64,000 nucleotides of DNA from Pyrodictiaceae archaeon (lineage in GTDB: Archaea > Thermoproteota > Thermoprotei_A > Sulfolobales > WANQ01), in NCBI GenBank assembly GCA_015521735.1, contig WANQ01000034.1:10201-74200 (forward strand), written 5' to 3'. The notes under the pieces are model-generated. The model saw only the letters and a program-made list of their open reading frames with translations. It did not search any database and was not told the origin of the DNA. Within the stretch, counting starts at the first letter, position 1. Each line of letters starts with the position of its first letter. A program made the translations under genes and the position numbers. Positions 55,324 to 64,000 of the stretch are shown here, one piece after another.

Positions 55324-55647
55324 ATGACAGGGCCTTGGGCTTGGCGTTGGAGGAGAAGAGGCCCTGGTAGGCCTCCTAAGCCTAGATATTTATCTAGTCC
55401 TCCACCTCAAGTAGTATTCGTACCATATGTTTCTAGTGAAAGAATAGATGCTGAACCCATTATAATATTACCCGACGAGTATGAAGCACTAAGACTAGTA
55501 TACTATGAAGGCTTAACACAAGAAGATGCTGCTAAGAAAATGGGTGTTTCCAGGGGGACATTATGGCGTGCACTAAATACTGGTAGGAGAAAGCTCGTAC
55601 AAGCTATTGTTGAAAGAAGACCTATAGTGATTAAATCAATTAGTTGA
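55324..55647 (+). CDS. DUF134/UPF0251 family DNA-binding protein (sigma-70 region-4-like HTH)
   Basis: GRPPKPRYL...FVP...LPDEYEALRLVYYEGLTQEDAAKKMGVSRGTLWRALNTGRRKL. Confidence 0.75.
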   Translation: MTGPWAWRWRRRGPGRPPKPRYLSSPPPQVVFVPYVSSERIDAEPIIILPDEYEALRLVYYEGLTQEDAAKKMGVSRGTLWRALNTGRRKLVQAIVERRPIVIKSIS

Positions 55648-55866
55648 AAATACCGTAAAGATTGAATCCAACATAATGAGTCAAGCTCATTGAATACCAT
55701 ACTATAGAGCCTACTGTGAACTAGAGCCTTACTTTAGACATTAAGCATTCTTAATAATGCAAGCTATAGATTAGGGATCCAGTAAAGGATTAGGTGAAGG
55801 TGATTAAAGAATGCATTGATTAAAAAAAGTTGTTGGGTTAAAACGTATTAATGCCTTTGTATCGGG

Positions 55867-57687
55867 CTAGTATCTTATGTTATAGTCTGGTGTTGTGAAT
55901 TCTTCTACTGTGTATGGGAATGTTACTTCGTCTAAGATGTTTCCTCTAGCATCCTTTGCTACATAGTGTATGTTGGTGGCGTTTATTTCTAATAGTACGT
56001 ACATGTGTCTAGCCCATGCTTGTACCATGAAGTCTCTTATCCTACATGCACCGTCCTTCTCGTATGGGTCTGTTGGTGCTCCCATTGTTCCCACTACTAC
56101 GTATGTTGTTCCTTCTTCACTACTATGCTTGAGCTCATACACGTACTTGTAGCCTACTTTTGTCCAAGGCTTATCTACTTGTACTTCCTTGATTTCAACT
56201 GTTCTTAGAGGCCATGATCTCATGTAGTTGTGTACGTGTCCAGTGAATACTAGTGTTGTATTGTACTTTTCTATTATTGGTGCCCAGTACTTTAACAGTA
56301 TCTCGCTTGGATAGCCAGTACCGCTGTCGAAGCAGTTATACCATGGTACGTGGAATGCTACTATCTTCCACTTAGCAGTAGTTGATGAGAGGTCTTGTTC
56401 TAGGAAGCTTACTTGTTCTTGAGCTTCCTTTAGCATGGGCTCCCACCAAGTTGCTACACAGCCACCAGTTGTTGCTAGAGCTGTTATGTGAGTGTATGGG
56501 AAGTCTAGTGAGAACCATAGCTCGTTTCCAGGGTTAGCGAATAAGCCCTTAAACCACTCATACGTTGACTCTACGTTGGGGTATGAGCCCATTTCATGGT
56601 TGCCTATAATGGCTATTATCGGTATAATTCTTCCATCCTTAGTTACAAGGTTGTCTGTTACATCTTCAAACCATTCTTTCCAGTCTCTCCACAAGTTACC
56701 ACGGTTTACTAAGTCACCAACAATTATTACTGCATCTGGATCTTCATTTGCTATTGCCTGGGAAAGCCATATCCTTGACCATGGGAAGTTGGACATGCTT
56801 TCTGGGTGAACCTTTAACTCGTATCCTTCACCCCATGGACGCCTACTATCACCTGTAACAACTATTCTCAACGTCTGGTTGTAGGCTATTGTCCTAAACT
56901 TGTACTCCTGACTCCAGCCTCCAGGACCACCTACACGGAAGTAGTATGTTGTACCTGGCTGTAGATTCGTTAGTGTTACCTCATGCCAGTATCCTGGGAA
57001 GCACTTACCATAAGCACACACTCTGTGAACACTAGCAGTAGCCTTAAACTTATAGGCATCTATGGTCTCATTGGCATGCGATACTGTATCATATACGACC
57101 GTGTTACCGCTTACATCGTATCTAGTCCACCACATAATGGTTATGGTATGGTATACGTCGTTTACAGCCCAGCTAAGGTGAATATACTTAGGTGGATCAT
57201 CAAGCGCTACTGATCTAACAACCTTAACACCTACATCAACATCACCAGAAGGAGCATCGCCTCTCAACACAATGGTTACGGTTACATTAGCAGTCTGACC
57301 ACCCTCCAATACTATGTGAGCTACACCATCGTCAAGTAAGTCGCTTGTAAGGTTCTCGCCATCGACAATAAATGATTCAACATCAATACCATGGCCATCA
57401 TTTAAGCCATCGTCAGGCCATGGTAGTTCTACTGTTAAGTTAACGATATATGGCTTGATGTGCAGGTTTGATACAAGGAATTCTACAGTAGCCTCACTAC
57501 CAGGCCATAGCTCACTTGGAAGATCCCTAACTTTTACAACACTTATAGGCTCGTTAACCTTCGTTTTAAACCATAGAGTAGAGCCGTTGCCACTATATAC
57601 TGCTACAGCTACAGTAGCTACTATGCTTAAGGCTATTACTAGTAGGAGGAGAAGATGAACTCTCCTTAATAGGTGGAACGCCACCAT
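55867..57687 (-). CDS. Secreted/membrane-anchored metallophosphoesterase (purple-acid-phosphatase-like) with N-terminal beta-sandwich domains
   Basis: N-terminal hydrophobic LLLLLVIALSIVATVAV. Motifs VTGDSRRP, GDLVNRG, GNHE and GHVHNY. FN3-like TYYFRVGG upstream of the catalytic domain. Confidence 0.8.
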   Translation of the reverse strand: MVAFHLLRRVHLLLLLVIALSIVATVAVAVYSGNGSTLWFKTKVNEPISVVKVRDLPSELWPGSEATVEFLVSNLHIKPYIVNLTVELPWPDDGLNDGHGIDVESFIVDGENLTSDLLDDGVAHIVLEGGQTANVTVTIVLRGDAPSGDVDVGVKVVRSVALDDPPKYIHLSWAVNDVYHTITIMWWTRYDVSGNTVVYDTVSHANETIDAYKFKATASVHRVCAYGKCFPGYWHEVTLTNLQPGTTYYFRVGGPGGWSQEYKFRTIAYNQTLRIVVTGDSRRPWGEGYELKVHPESMSNFPWSRIWLSQAIANEDPDAVIIVGDLVNRGNLWRDWKEWFEDVTDNLVTKDGRIIPIIAIIGNHEMGSYPNVESTYEWFKGLFANPGNELWFSLDFPYTHITALATTGGCVATWWEPMLKEAQEQVSFLEQDLSSTTAKWKIVAFHVPWYNCFDSGTGYPSEILLKYWAPIIEKYNTTLVFTGHVHNYMRSWPLRTVEIKEVQVDKPWTKVGYKYVYELKHSSEEGTTYVVVGTMGAPTDPYEKDGACRIRDFMVQAWARHMYVLLEINATNIHYVAKDARGNILDEVTFPYTVEEFTTPDYNIRY

Positions 57688-57777
57688 GAGAACACCTATG
57701 TATATATAGTGTATGGTGCGAAATAAAAGGATTACTCATTTACATAATAAACCAGTTTAAACGGGGAATACGAAGGA

Positions 57778-58389
57778 ATGAATAACAGTGTTATACGCGT
57801 CAACGTGGTAGAGGAAAGTCTATCTAAGAGAATAGTTGAGATAGCCTACCTAATGGTAAAAAGGAATATGGGGGAGTACCATGCACATTACGCTAAAGCT
57901 GCACTAGAATCAGGCTTAACAAGGTTATTAACTATCCAATTGAATAAGAATATCGTTGGCTTAGAAATATTCTATACAATTAACTTGGGACTAAACATAC
58001 TAGTCCACTACTATGTAGTAGTGGAGGAAGAATATCGTGGAAAACACCTAGCCAAGATACTCATATTATCTGCTGAGGAACTAGCCAAAAACGTTGAAGC
58101 ATATGTAGCCACCACTACCATAGACAACCTCCCCGCAAGAAAACTATTCAGTAATCTCGGCTACAGTGAATTTACTTGGGATACACTAGAGAAACACATA
58201 GGTACAAGAAACACGTACAAGCTAATACAAGCAACATGTGCTCACGAAGACGATTTAGTTTTCATTAAACCCGCTAAAACCAGCACCAAGAAACTACTAG
58301 AGAAGATAAGGTCATTAAAACTGAAAACACCTTGGAAGCTATGGAAGAAGATTTGCTATAAGCCCTGGCTAACATTCCTTACATACTAG
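57778..58389 (+). CDS. GNAT-family N-acetyltransferase
   Basis: Acetyl-CoA motif A-like VVVEEEYRGKHLAKILI...ARKLFSNLGY. Confidence 0.6.
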   Translation: MNNSVIRVNVVEESLSKRIVEIAYLMVKRNMGEYHAHYAKAALESGLTRLLTIQLNKNIVGLEIFYTINLGLNILVHYYVVVEEEYRGKHLAKILILSAEELAKNVEAYVATTTIDNLPARKLFSNLGYSEFTWDTLEKHIGTRNTYKLIQATCAHEDDLVFIKPAKTSTKKLLEKIRSLKLKTPWKLWKKICYKPWLTFLTY

Positions 58390-58466
58390 TACCTCCTGGA
58401 AACCATACACGTACTCATGTACTAAAGCATTAATTTACCTCAACTATACCTATAAACGTTGATATA

Positions 58467-59000
58467 ATGAGGTGGAAGCTCATGCCACGTAAAGCACTAA
58501 TAATCATAGGCCCTGAATTCGAAGACATAGAAGCCCTATACCCCATGTACCGTTTACTAGAAATAGGCTTTAAAGTAGACATAGCAGCACCATGGAAGGG
58601 TAAGATAACAGGTAAACACGGGTATAGCGTTGAAGCCGAGAAAACGTTAGCACAAGTCAACCCAGAAGAATATGAAACCCTAGTAATACCTGGTGGTAGG
58701 GGACCCGAAAGAATAAGAGTCTATGCTAGAAACGACGCTATTAGAATAGTACAACACTTCATGGACAACAGGAAACCCGTAGCAGCCATATGCCATGGAC
58801 CTCAACTACTCATAACAGCTAACCGTGTAAAAGGATACAGGCTTACAAGCTACCCAGGCATAGCCGATGACGTTAAAGCAGCTGGAGGAATATGGGTAGA
58901 CGAACCAGTAGTAGTTGACAAAAACCTTGTTACTGCACGCATACCCGACGACATACCATTCTGGATACGAGAATACATAAAACTACTAAAAACAACCTAG
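58467..59000 (+). CDS. DJ-1/PfpI-family protease/deglycase
   Basis: ALIIIGPEFEDIE...LVIPGGRGPE...VAAICHGPQLL (nucleophile-elbow Cys-His). Confidence 0.88.
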   Translation: MRWKLMPRKALIIIGPEFEDIEALYPMYRLLEIGFKVDIAAPWKGKITGKHGYSVEAEKTLAQVNPEEYETLVIPGGRGPERIRVYARNDAIRIVQHFMDNRKPVAAICHGPQLLITANRVKGYRLTSYPGIADDVKAAGGIWVDEPVVVDKNLVTARIPDDIPFWIREYIKLLKTT

Positions 59001-59305
59001 AGATAACACATTTCCCCTATTCCCCAAAATAGAGCCCAACCACTCATACACTCCACCCTAATACACTGCGAGCAATAGCATGTTTAATCAACAATTAAAT
59101 ACAAAAGAGGCAAGAACCCCTTGAAACCATGAACACTAATCCCCTCCTTTCTTTTACCCGCTAAGAAGCATTAGCTAAAGACCCCTAACCCGGTAACACC
59201 GGGATTAAGTAGGCGTCAATAATCTCCGCTAAGGTTAAGGCTGATCAGCTTTATAAGCATAGCATTAGTCTTCATACCATAATACAAGCCTCATCCCAGG
59301 AAAAG

Positions 59306-60160
59306 GTGTTCATCATGAACAGGTTAGGCGATGTGAGTGTTTTAGCAGTAATCGGTGCTGGCAAAATAGGGTCAGCCATAATAAGATCCGTAAAGAAGTG
59401 TCGTAGAGACTTAACCATAATAGCTACTGGTAGAAGAGAGAAAACACTAAGACAAGCCAAGGAGCTAGGAGCAATACCTACAAGAGACAATAATAGAGCA
59501 GTAAGAGAAGCAGAAGTAGTAGTCCTATCAGTCAAGCCACACCACTTCCCAGTAGTCCTAAAACAAGTCGACGAAAACAACTGGCAAGACAAAATAGTCT
59601 TATCGGTTATGGCTGGAGTAAAGCTATCAACACTAAAAGAAGCATTAAAGGGAGCAATAGTATACAGGGCAATGCCCAACATAAACGCACTCGTAGGGCT
59701 ATCAGCAACTGCTGTAACAACAGACTCCAATGGAGACAAGCATAGAGAGCTAATAGAAGAACTACTATCATGCATGGGCACCGTATACTGGGTACCCGAA
59801 GAAATAATAGACGTATGGACAAGTCTAGCGGGAAGCGGACCAGCATTCCTAGCAGAAATAGTAGACGCAATGGTACTAGGAGCAGTAGCAGTAGGCATGC
59901 CCCGAGACCTAGCATACAACGCAATACTAGACGTACTAGAAGGAACAGCTAAACTACTAAAAACAAGACGCATACACCCAGTAGAAGTAAGAGATGAAGT
60001 AACAACACCAGCAGGAACAACCATTAGAGGACTAATAACACTTGAATCAGAAGGAGTAAAAGCAGCCCTAATGAAAACCATAGAAGCAGCAAGCCAGCGC
60101 GCAACCGAAATAGGAGAAAAAATAGACGAAGCAATTAAGAAAGAACTAGCAAAACCATAA
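59306..60160 (+). CDS. proC: Pyrroline-5-carboxylate reductase
   Basis: VIGAGKIGSAII dinucleotide fold, VYRAMPN, TSLAGSGPAF and VTTPAGTTI motifs. 284 aa. Confidence 0.88.
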   Translation: MFIMNRLGDVSVLAVIGAGKIGSAIIRSVKKCRRDLTIIATGRREKTLRQAKELGAIPTRDNNRAVREAEVVVLSVKPHHFPVVLKQVDENNWQDKIVLSVMAGVKLSTLKEALKGAIVYRAMPNINALVGLSATAVTTDSNGDKHRELIEELLSCMGTVYWVPEEIIDVWTSLAGSGPAFLAEIVDAMVLGAVAVGMPRDLAYNAILDVLEGTAKLLKTRRIHPVEVRDEVTTPAGTTIRGLITLESEGVKAALMKTIEAASQRATEIGEKIDEAIKKELAKP

Positions 60161-60202
60161 AAAATAGATAGAAGTTACAGCTGAAAACGTTTACATAAAA
60201 AA

Positions 60203-60766
60203 TCACTTAGCTCTAGCCTTCGATATCAGCGTCCTAAATATTGTTTCATGCTTAACCTCGTCCTCCAATATATCTTCTACTATCTCTTCAGTAACAATAT
60301 CCTTGTTAACCACGTAATCATAGATTTCACGGTAATGCTTTATAGCACACTTCTCCGCCTCAACCGCAGCCTGCAACCACCCATCTACATCATAGGGGTC
60401 CTCAGGTAAATCAGGGTACTTACACCTAGACAAACTCCACAAGTCCCTAAAATCAGGTAAATCCACATCAAAATCCTGTAAACGATCAGCCAACTTCTTA
60501 GCATGATCCTCTAATTCATCCCTACCTATCTCAACAAACACATCCTCTAACTCCTTAGCAACATTACCCCTAACAGCATAAGCAGCCATAAGATACATGT
60601 AATAAGCAATAACCTCATCAGCAAACGCAGACAACAAATACTTCACAACCCTATCAACATCAATATTCTTCAACTCCCTTCTCTCAGGATAACGTTCAGG
60701 AAGATACTTATACTTCCTAGGCTCAGCCAAGAATAGATCACCCCACCGTGAGTACACTAAATGCAA
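60203..60766 (-). CDS. DPS-like (DPSL) ferritin-superfamily di-iron protein
   Basis: Four-helix-bundle ligand pattern DEVIAYYMY...ELEDHAKKLADR...AEKCAIKHYRE...EDEVKHE. About 187 aa, as in Sulfolobus DPSL. Confidence 0.7.
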   Translation of the reverse strand: MHLVYSRWGDLFLAEPRKYKYLPERYPERRELKNIDVDRVVKYLLSAFADEVIAYYMYLMAAYAVRGNVAKELEDVFVEIGRDELEDHAKKLADRLQDFDVDLPDFRDLWSLSRCKYPDLPEDPYDVDGWLQAAVEAEKCAIKHYREIYDYVVNKDIVTEEIVEDILEDEVKHETIFRTLISKARAK

Positions 60767-61102
60767 TGAACACTAATATAAGTTACCAGCTTAAACCATA
60801 ATAACAGAACTAAAAATACCAGCACCTCAACCCCCACCAAACACACAACAAAGCAAACACGAATTCATCCTCCATACTTCAATATATTAACACAAACCAT
60901 CATATAGACACGAACAATCCCATTTACTAAACCCAGATTAGCTATACATGATTTTAGGTTTAAACTAGTTCAACTACAATTCTGTGAAGAGTAAGCATAG
61001 GCGAATACAATAACGCTATAGCCTCTATTAGTCTGGTATACGGTTCTTTTAATAAGTTATGCTTAGGAAATCTTATATCTGGTATTATGGTTATCTACTA
61101 TA

Positions 61103-61948
61103 TTGGTGGTTGTTATTGGCTTTACCTCTAAACGTGTACAAGATGATGGATGGGTAAAAGAGTTCTTTATTGATAAGGCGGATCTATTCCTGAGAGTACT
61201 TAATTCTAAGTGGGAGACAGCTGAAGAAGAGGCTAAGAGTATAGCTAATCTCTTGGAGAGACTTGGCGTAGGCAAGGGTTCTAGTTTACTGGATTTAGGA
61301 TGTGGTAATGGGAGAATATCTATTAACCTAGCTAAACTAGGCTATTACGTCGTAGGCGTTGACATATCTCCATTATTCATTAGTGATGCTAAAAAGAAGG
61401 CATTGGAGTATGGAGTCCAAGATAGAGTAGAATTCCTTGTAGGTGATGCTAGAAACCTAGACAAGCTGTTAAAGGATAGACTATTTGATGCAACAATAAT
61501 TTATTGGACAACAATAATAGGCTACAATCAAAGCCAAGAAACCGATACCACTATACTAAAGAATGTATGGAGGATAACAAAACCCAACGGCTACCTCCTA
61601 ATACTAAACCATGCATGCCTAGAATCACTGTCAATTAGACAAAACGTGTGCGGACAACCACAATATATTAGCGACGTAGATGAAGAATACGTTTTAGTAG
61701 AAAAGCCAAGCTATGATCCAACAACTGCTACACTTCATAACACCTGGATCTTCTATAGAAAGAAAGGAAAAGACCTAGTATACGTAGACGAAGTAAGCTT
61801 TACGCTACGCTTATACGCATTCCACGAACTAGTAGAAATAGCCAAAGAAGCAGGATGGACTCTACACACAGCATACAGCGACCTAACCACACTAAAACCA
61901 TATAGACCAAACACGAGAGGACTAAACATAGTATTCAAGAAACTATAG
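61103..61948 (+). CDS. Class I SAM-dependent methyltransferase
   Basis: Motif I LLDLGCGNGRISINLA, motif II VVGVDIS, and post-I GDARNL. Confidence 0.8.
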   Translation: MVVVIGFTSKRVQDDGWVKEFFIDKADLFLRVLNSKWETAEEEAKSIANLLERLGVGKGSSLLDLGCGNGRISINLAKLGYYVVGVDISPLFISDAKKKALEYGVQDRVEFLVGDARNLDKLLKDRLFDATIIYWTTIIGYNQSQETDTTILKNVWRITKPNGYLLILNHACLESLSIRQNVCGQPQYISDVDEEYVLVEKPSYDPTTATLHNTWIFYRKKGKDLVYVDEVSFTLRLYAFHELVEIAKEAGWTLHTAYSDLTTLKPYRPNTRGLNIVFKKL

Positions 61949-62145
61949 AAGCAAAGCAAACACACCTAACTCCCCTCCCCCAACAAGAACGTATGCTCAC
62001 AACCAGTGAATCCAACTATGCAATACCATCCCTCAAAGAATATTGCTCCCAACCTTCTCGACCACTTCGCTAATATTAAGAGTCTTAGCTAAACACTTAA
62101 GAATTAAGGTTTCTAGTTTTCCCTAACTACTCCATACCCACTACC

Positions 62146-62595
62146 ATGATGACGCTTATAGCGTTGACTCCAGGATTAAGATTACAGAGAACCAAGGCGA
62201 TAGAATTGGTAAGAATAGTCTATTATCCCACAGCTTCACTAGTTGAGACCGCTATCCGTGTTCTTAGGCGCCTATACCCTGAAGATCATATAGTGTTTAT
62301 GCGTAGTGTCGACGATATACTTTCTGCAGCTAAATGGTGTAGACTTAGGGCTAAGTCTACTAGAAATAAGATACTATGGTATGCTGCATGCCTATTCTAC
62401 TACTTTATTACTGGCCACCCCCTCAGCGACGGCAATAAGAGATGTGCTTCACTACTCCTACTATGGTTTCTCGAGAAAAACAGTTACGAGGTCATAGGCG
62501 ACCTGTATACCCTAGCCTTAAATATCGCCCTAAGTAAAACTAGCCTAGAGGAGACATATAAATGGCTGAAAAAACACATAGAAAAGTCAAAGTAG
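62146..62595 (+). CDS. Fic/Doc-family (death-on-curing-like) toxin
   Basis: Doc-type Fic motif GHPLSDGNKRCASLLLL (HxFx[D/E]GNKR pattern). 149 aa. Confidence 0.7.
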   Translation: MMTLIALTPGLRLQRTKAIELVRIVYYPTASLVETAIRVLRRLYPEDHIVFMRSVDDILSAAKWCRLRAKSTRNKILWYAACLFYYFITGHPLSDGNKRCASLLLLWFLEKNSYEVIGDLYTLALNIALSKTSLEETYKWLKKHIEKSK

Positions 62596-62750
62596 TATGG
62601 AAACCCATTAAAGGCTCAGCCAAGACAGAAAAAGAACTCTACACAATAGCCCTAAAACACAAAAACCTCCTCGACAAACTCAGAGAATACGACCTAAAAC
62701 ACCAAGACCCCCACACCACCAAGAAACTAGTAGAAACCAAAACCCCATAA
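62562..62750 (+). CDS. Small basic protein (62 aa) overlapping the Doc gene 3' end
   Basis: ATG start with a 34-nt out-of-frame overlap with the Doc-like gene. Lys-rich. No motif recognised. Confidence 0.35.
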   Translation: MAEKTHRKVKVVWKPIKGSAKTEKELYTIALKHKNLLDKLREYDLKHQDPHTTKKLVETKTP

Positions 62751-62841
62751 AGACTACAAAGCCAAGAAAACACGCCCCCTACCAAGAGAAACATGCTTGA
62801 TCACATAGACTACAACTCTTACCTCAAGTTCATGAAAGAAT

Positions 62842-63660
62842 TCATGTTGTAGTGCTTACTAGTTTTATGCATCTATAGCTAACTTTCTTGTCTGTTATGG
62901 GGTCTTTTCCACTGGTTTTAACTAGTTGTATCCTAGTCTTAAGGTATTTCTCGAAGAATATGTTTAGGAATTCCTCGTAGGCGTAGAGATAGTCTTCTCC
63001 GTGTAAAGCGTCCACAATAGCGTTGAGGTGGTTGATGTCTATATTACAGTTGAATTCCTTAAAACAGTTGATCACCTTTGAAACGATGTCTCTTAACCCT
63101 AGGGCTCTAGAACTTACGTATAATGATGCTAGATGCGTGCATATGAGCGCATCTTCCTCTACATCTTCCTCGTTAGAATCACTTATTGTTGTTAAAGCTT
63201 CTACTTGCTCCATAATAGACTTGATAATATGGTCTCTGTACTCTTTAACATGCTTAGAGACCACGTAATCAACTACTGTATCACATGCTAAACCCTCAAT
63301 ACCATACCCAACAACATCCTCCATGAGCCTTGTTAAAGACTCCTCATATCCTTCGCATGGTACTGTAGAGGCAAAAACTAGGTCAACCCTATCGCCTAGG
63401 TACACATGACCCCACTCATGCATAAGAGAAAAACCAGCATCCCTCCCCCTCCCTGGAACCAACACAATCTCCAAACAACTACACGGCCACCCTCCACCAT
63501 ACCTAAAACACTCAAAGCAAGGCCTCACATATGAAATCTTCTTACCAACCCTACCATAAACCTGGTAAAGCACCTTCACTCTAAGCCACGTTAAAGGCAT
63601 CTTATTCTTCAGTGTATCAACTATCTTAACCAGAACACCCAGGACAACATTAGTAGACAC
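62842..63660 (-). CDS. Putative zinc metallopeptidase (HExxH)
   Basis: 272 aa with SLMHEWGHVYLGD. Several Cys pairs lie upstream (CFECF...CSC). Confidence 0.5.
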   Translation of the reverse strand: MSTNVVLGVLVKIVDTLKNKMPLTWLRVKVLYQVYGRVGKKISYVRPCFECFRYGGGWPCSCLEIVLVPGRGRDAGFSLMHEWGHVYLGDRVDLVFASTVPCEGYEESLTRLMEDVVGYGIEGLACDTVVDYVVSKHVKEYRDHIIKSIMEQVEALTTISDSNEEDVEEDALICTHLASLYVSSRALGLRDIVSKVINCFKEFNCNIDINHLNAIVDALHGEDYLYAYEEFLNIFFEKYLKTRIQLVKTSGKDPITDKKVSYRCIKLVSTTT

Positions 63661-63799
63661 GTCTACACCCTAAAACACTAGTTCAAGTATTTCTATACAT
63701 TTGAGAACATATATCTTTTCCACGCCGTCTTCACTAACACCTTAGAGTAGAGTTACTTTAAAGTACTTCAACGAGTAGATATATACTGGCTGAAACCCT

Positions 63800-64000
63800 G
63801 TGCTCGGATGGAATATTCACATTAAAGCATATGGGATACTAGGCTTAAACACCACTATATGCCATGTAATAGACAACATAGTCGATAAAGAACCACCTAA
63901 AGCGAAAGAAGTATTCACATCCATCGCCTTAGACGAAAAACTACCAATACACTTCGGGTTCCGGAAAACAGATTTCCCATACATGTACAACTACATAGCA
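63800..64000 (+). CDS. Partial ORF running off the window end (GTG start candidate)
   Basis: Own translation, open frame from 63800: VLGWNIHIKAYGILGLNTTICHVIDNIVDKEPPKAKEVFTSIALDEKLPIHFGFRKTDFPYMYNYIA. No motif recognised. Confidence 0.3.
   Translation, partial: MLGWNIHIKAYGILGLNTTICHVIDNIVDKEPPKAKEVFTSIALDEKLPIHFGFRKTDFPYMYNYIA

Noticed and set aside
59272-60081. 269-aa minus-strand ORF fully antisense to proC
   Set aside because: It has a Ser/Thr/Ala-rich low-complexity translation and no motifs. It exists only because the proC sense strand is stop-codon-complement poor, and proC itself has clear family motifs.
1-64000. CRISPR arrays, rRNA genes, IS elements with terminal inverted repeats
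   Set aside because: No regularly spaced 24-40-bp direct repeats, no rRNA-like GC-rich kilobase segments and no transposase-like ORFs were seen anywhere in the window.

Overview
AT-rich chromosomal segment from a hyperthermophilic crenarchaeon. Diagnostic genes are Cren7, two Alba paralogs, reverse gyrase, eS4, RNase P Rpp29, XPB, PCNA and Taw3. (1) 1-18965: the archaeal L3->S14 ribosomal-protein cluster, broken into three pieces. uL2 is inverted, and about 9.5 kb of unrelated genes (Nnr, RtcB, an HTH regulator, a degenerate Nudix protein, a MoxR-VWA pair, a Thr-rich surface protein) sit between uL22 and uS19. Cren7, a DUF504 protein and a dUTPase-fold gene are also interspersed. (2) 20176-28116: a type-IV-secretion-like (Ced-type) membrane/ATPase operon. 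It is divergently paired with an operon encoding a PP-loop/PAPS-reductase Fe-S protein, a second membrane-anchored HerA/FtsK-type ATPase and a small acidic protein. This is the most interesting candidate system. (3) 28.6-46.5 kb: a DNA-metabolism and chromatin block with PCNA, XPB (no recognisable Bax1), Taw3, Alba, a methyltransferase, reverse gyrase, Alba2 and an Lhr-type helicase. (4) 46764-54542: a 7.8-kb plasmid/virus-like element integrated into tRNA-Gly(GCC). It has 52-bp direct repeats and an SSV-type integrase split into Int(C) and Int(N) halves. Its cargo is a D5/P4-type SF3 helicase replication protein, an RHH-PaREP1 protein and an iteron-like non-coding region. (5) 54.5-64 kb: tRNA-Gly, tRNA-Glu and mixed housekeeping/accessory genes (metallophosphoesterase, GNAT, PfpI, ProC, DPS-like ferritin, methyltransferase, Doc/Fic toxin, HExxH protein). 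Reading the intergenic spacers by eye also found several box C/D sRNA genes that the ORF track cannot show. No rRNA genes and no CRISPR array were seen. All functional calls come from motif and family recognition by eye; no database search was run.
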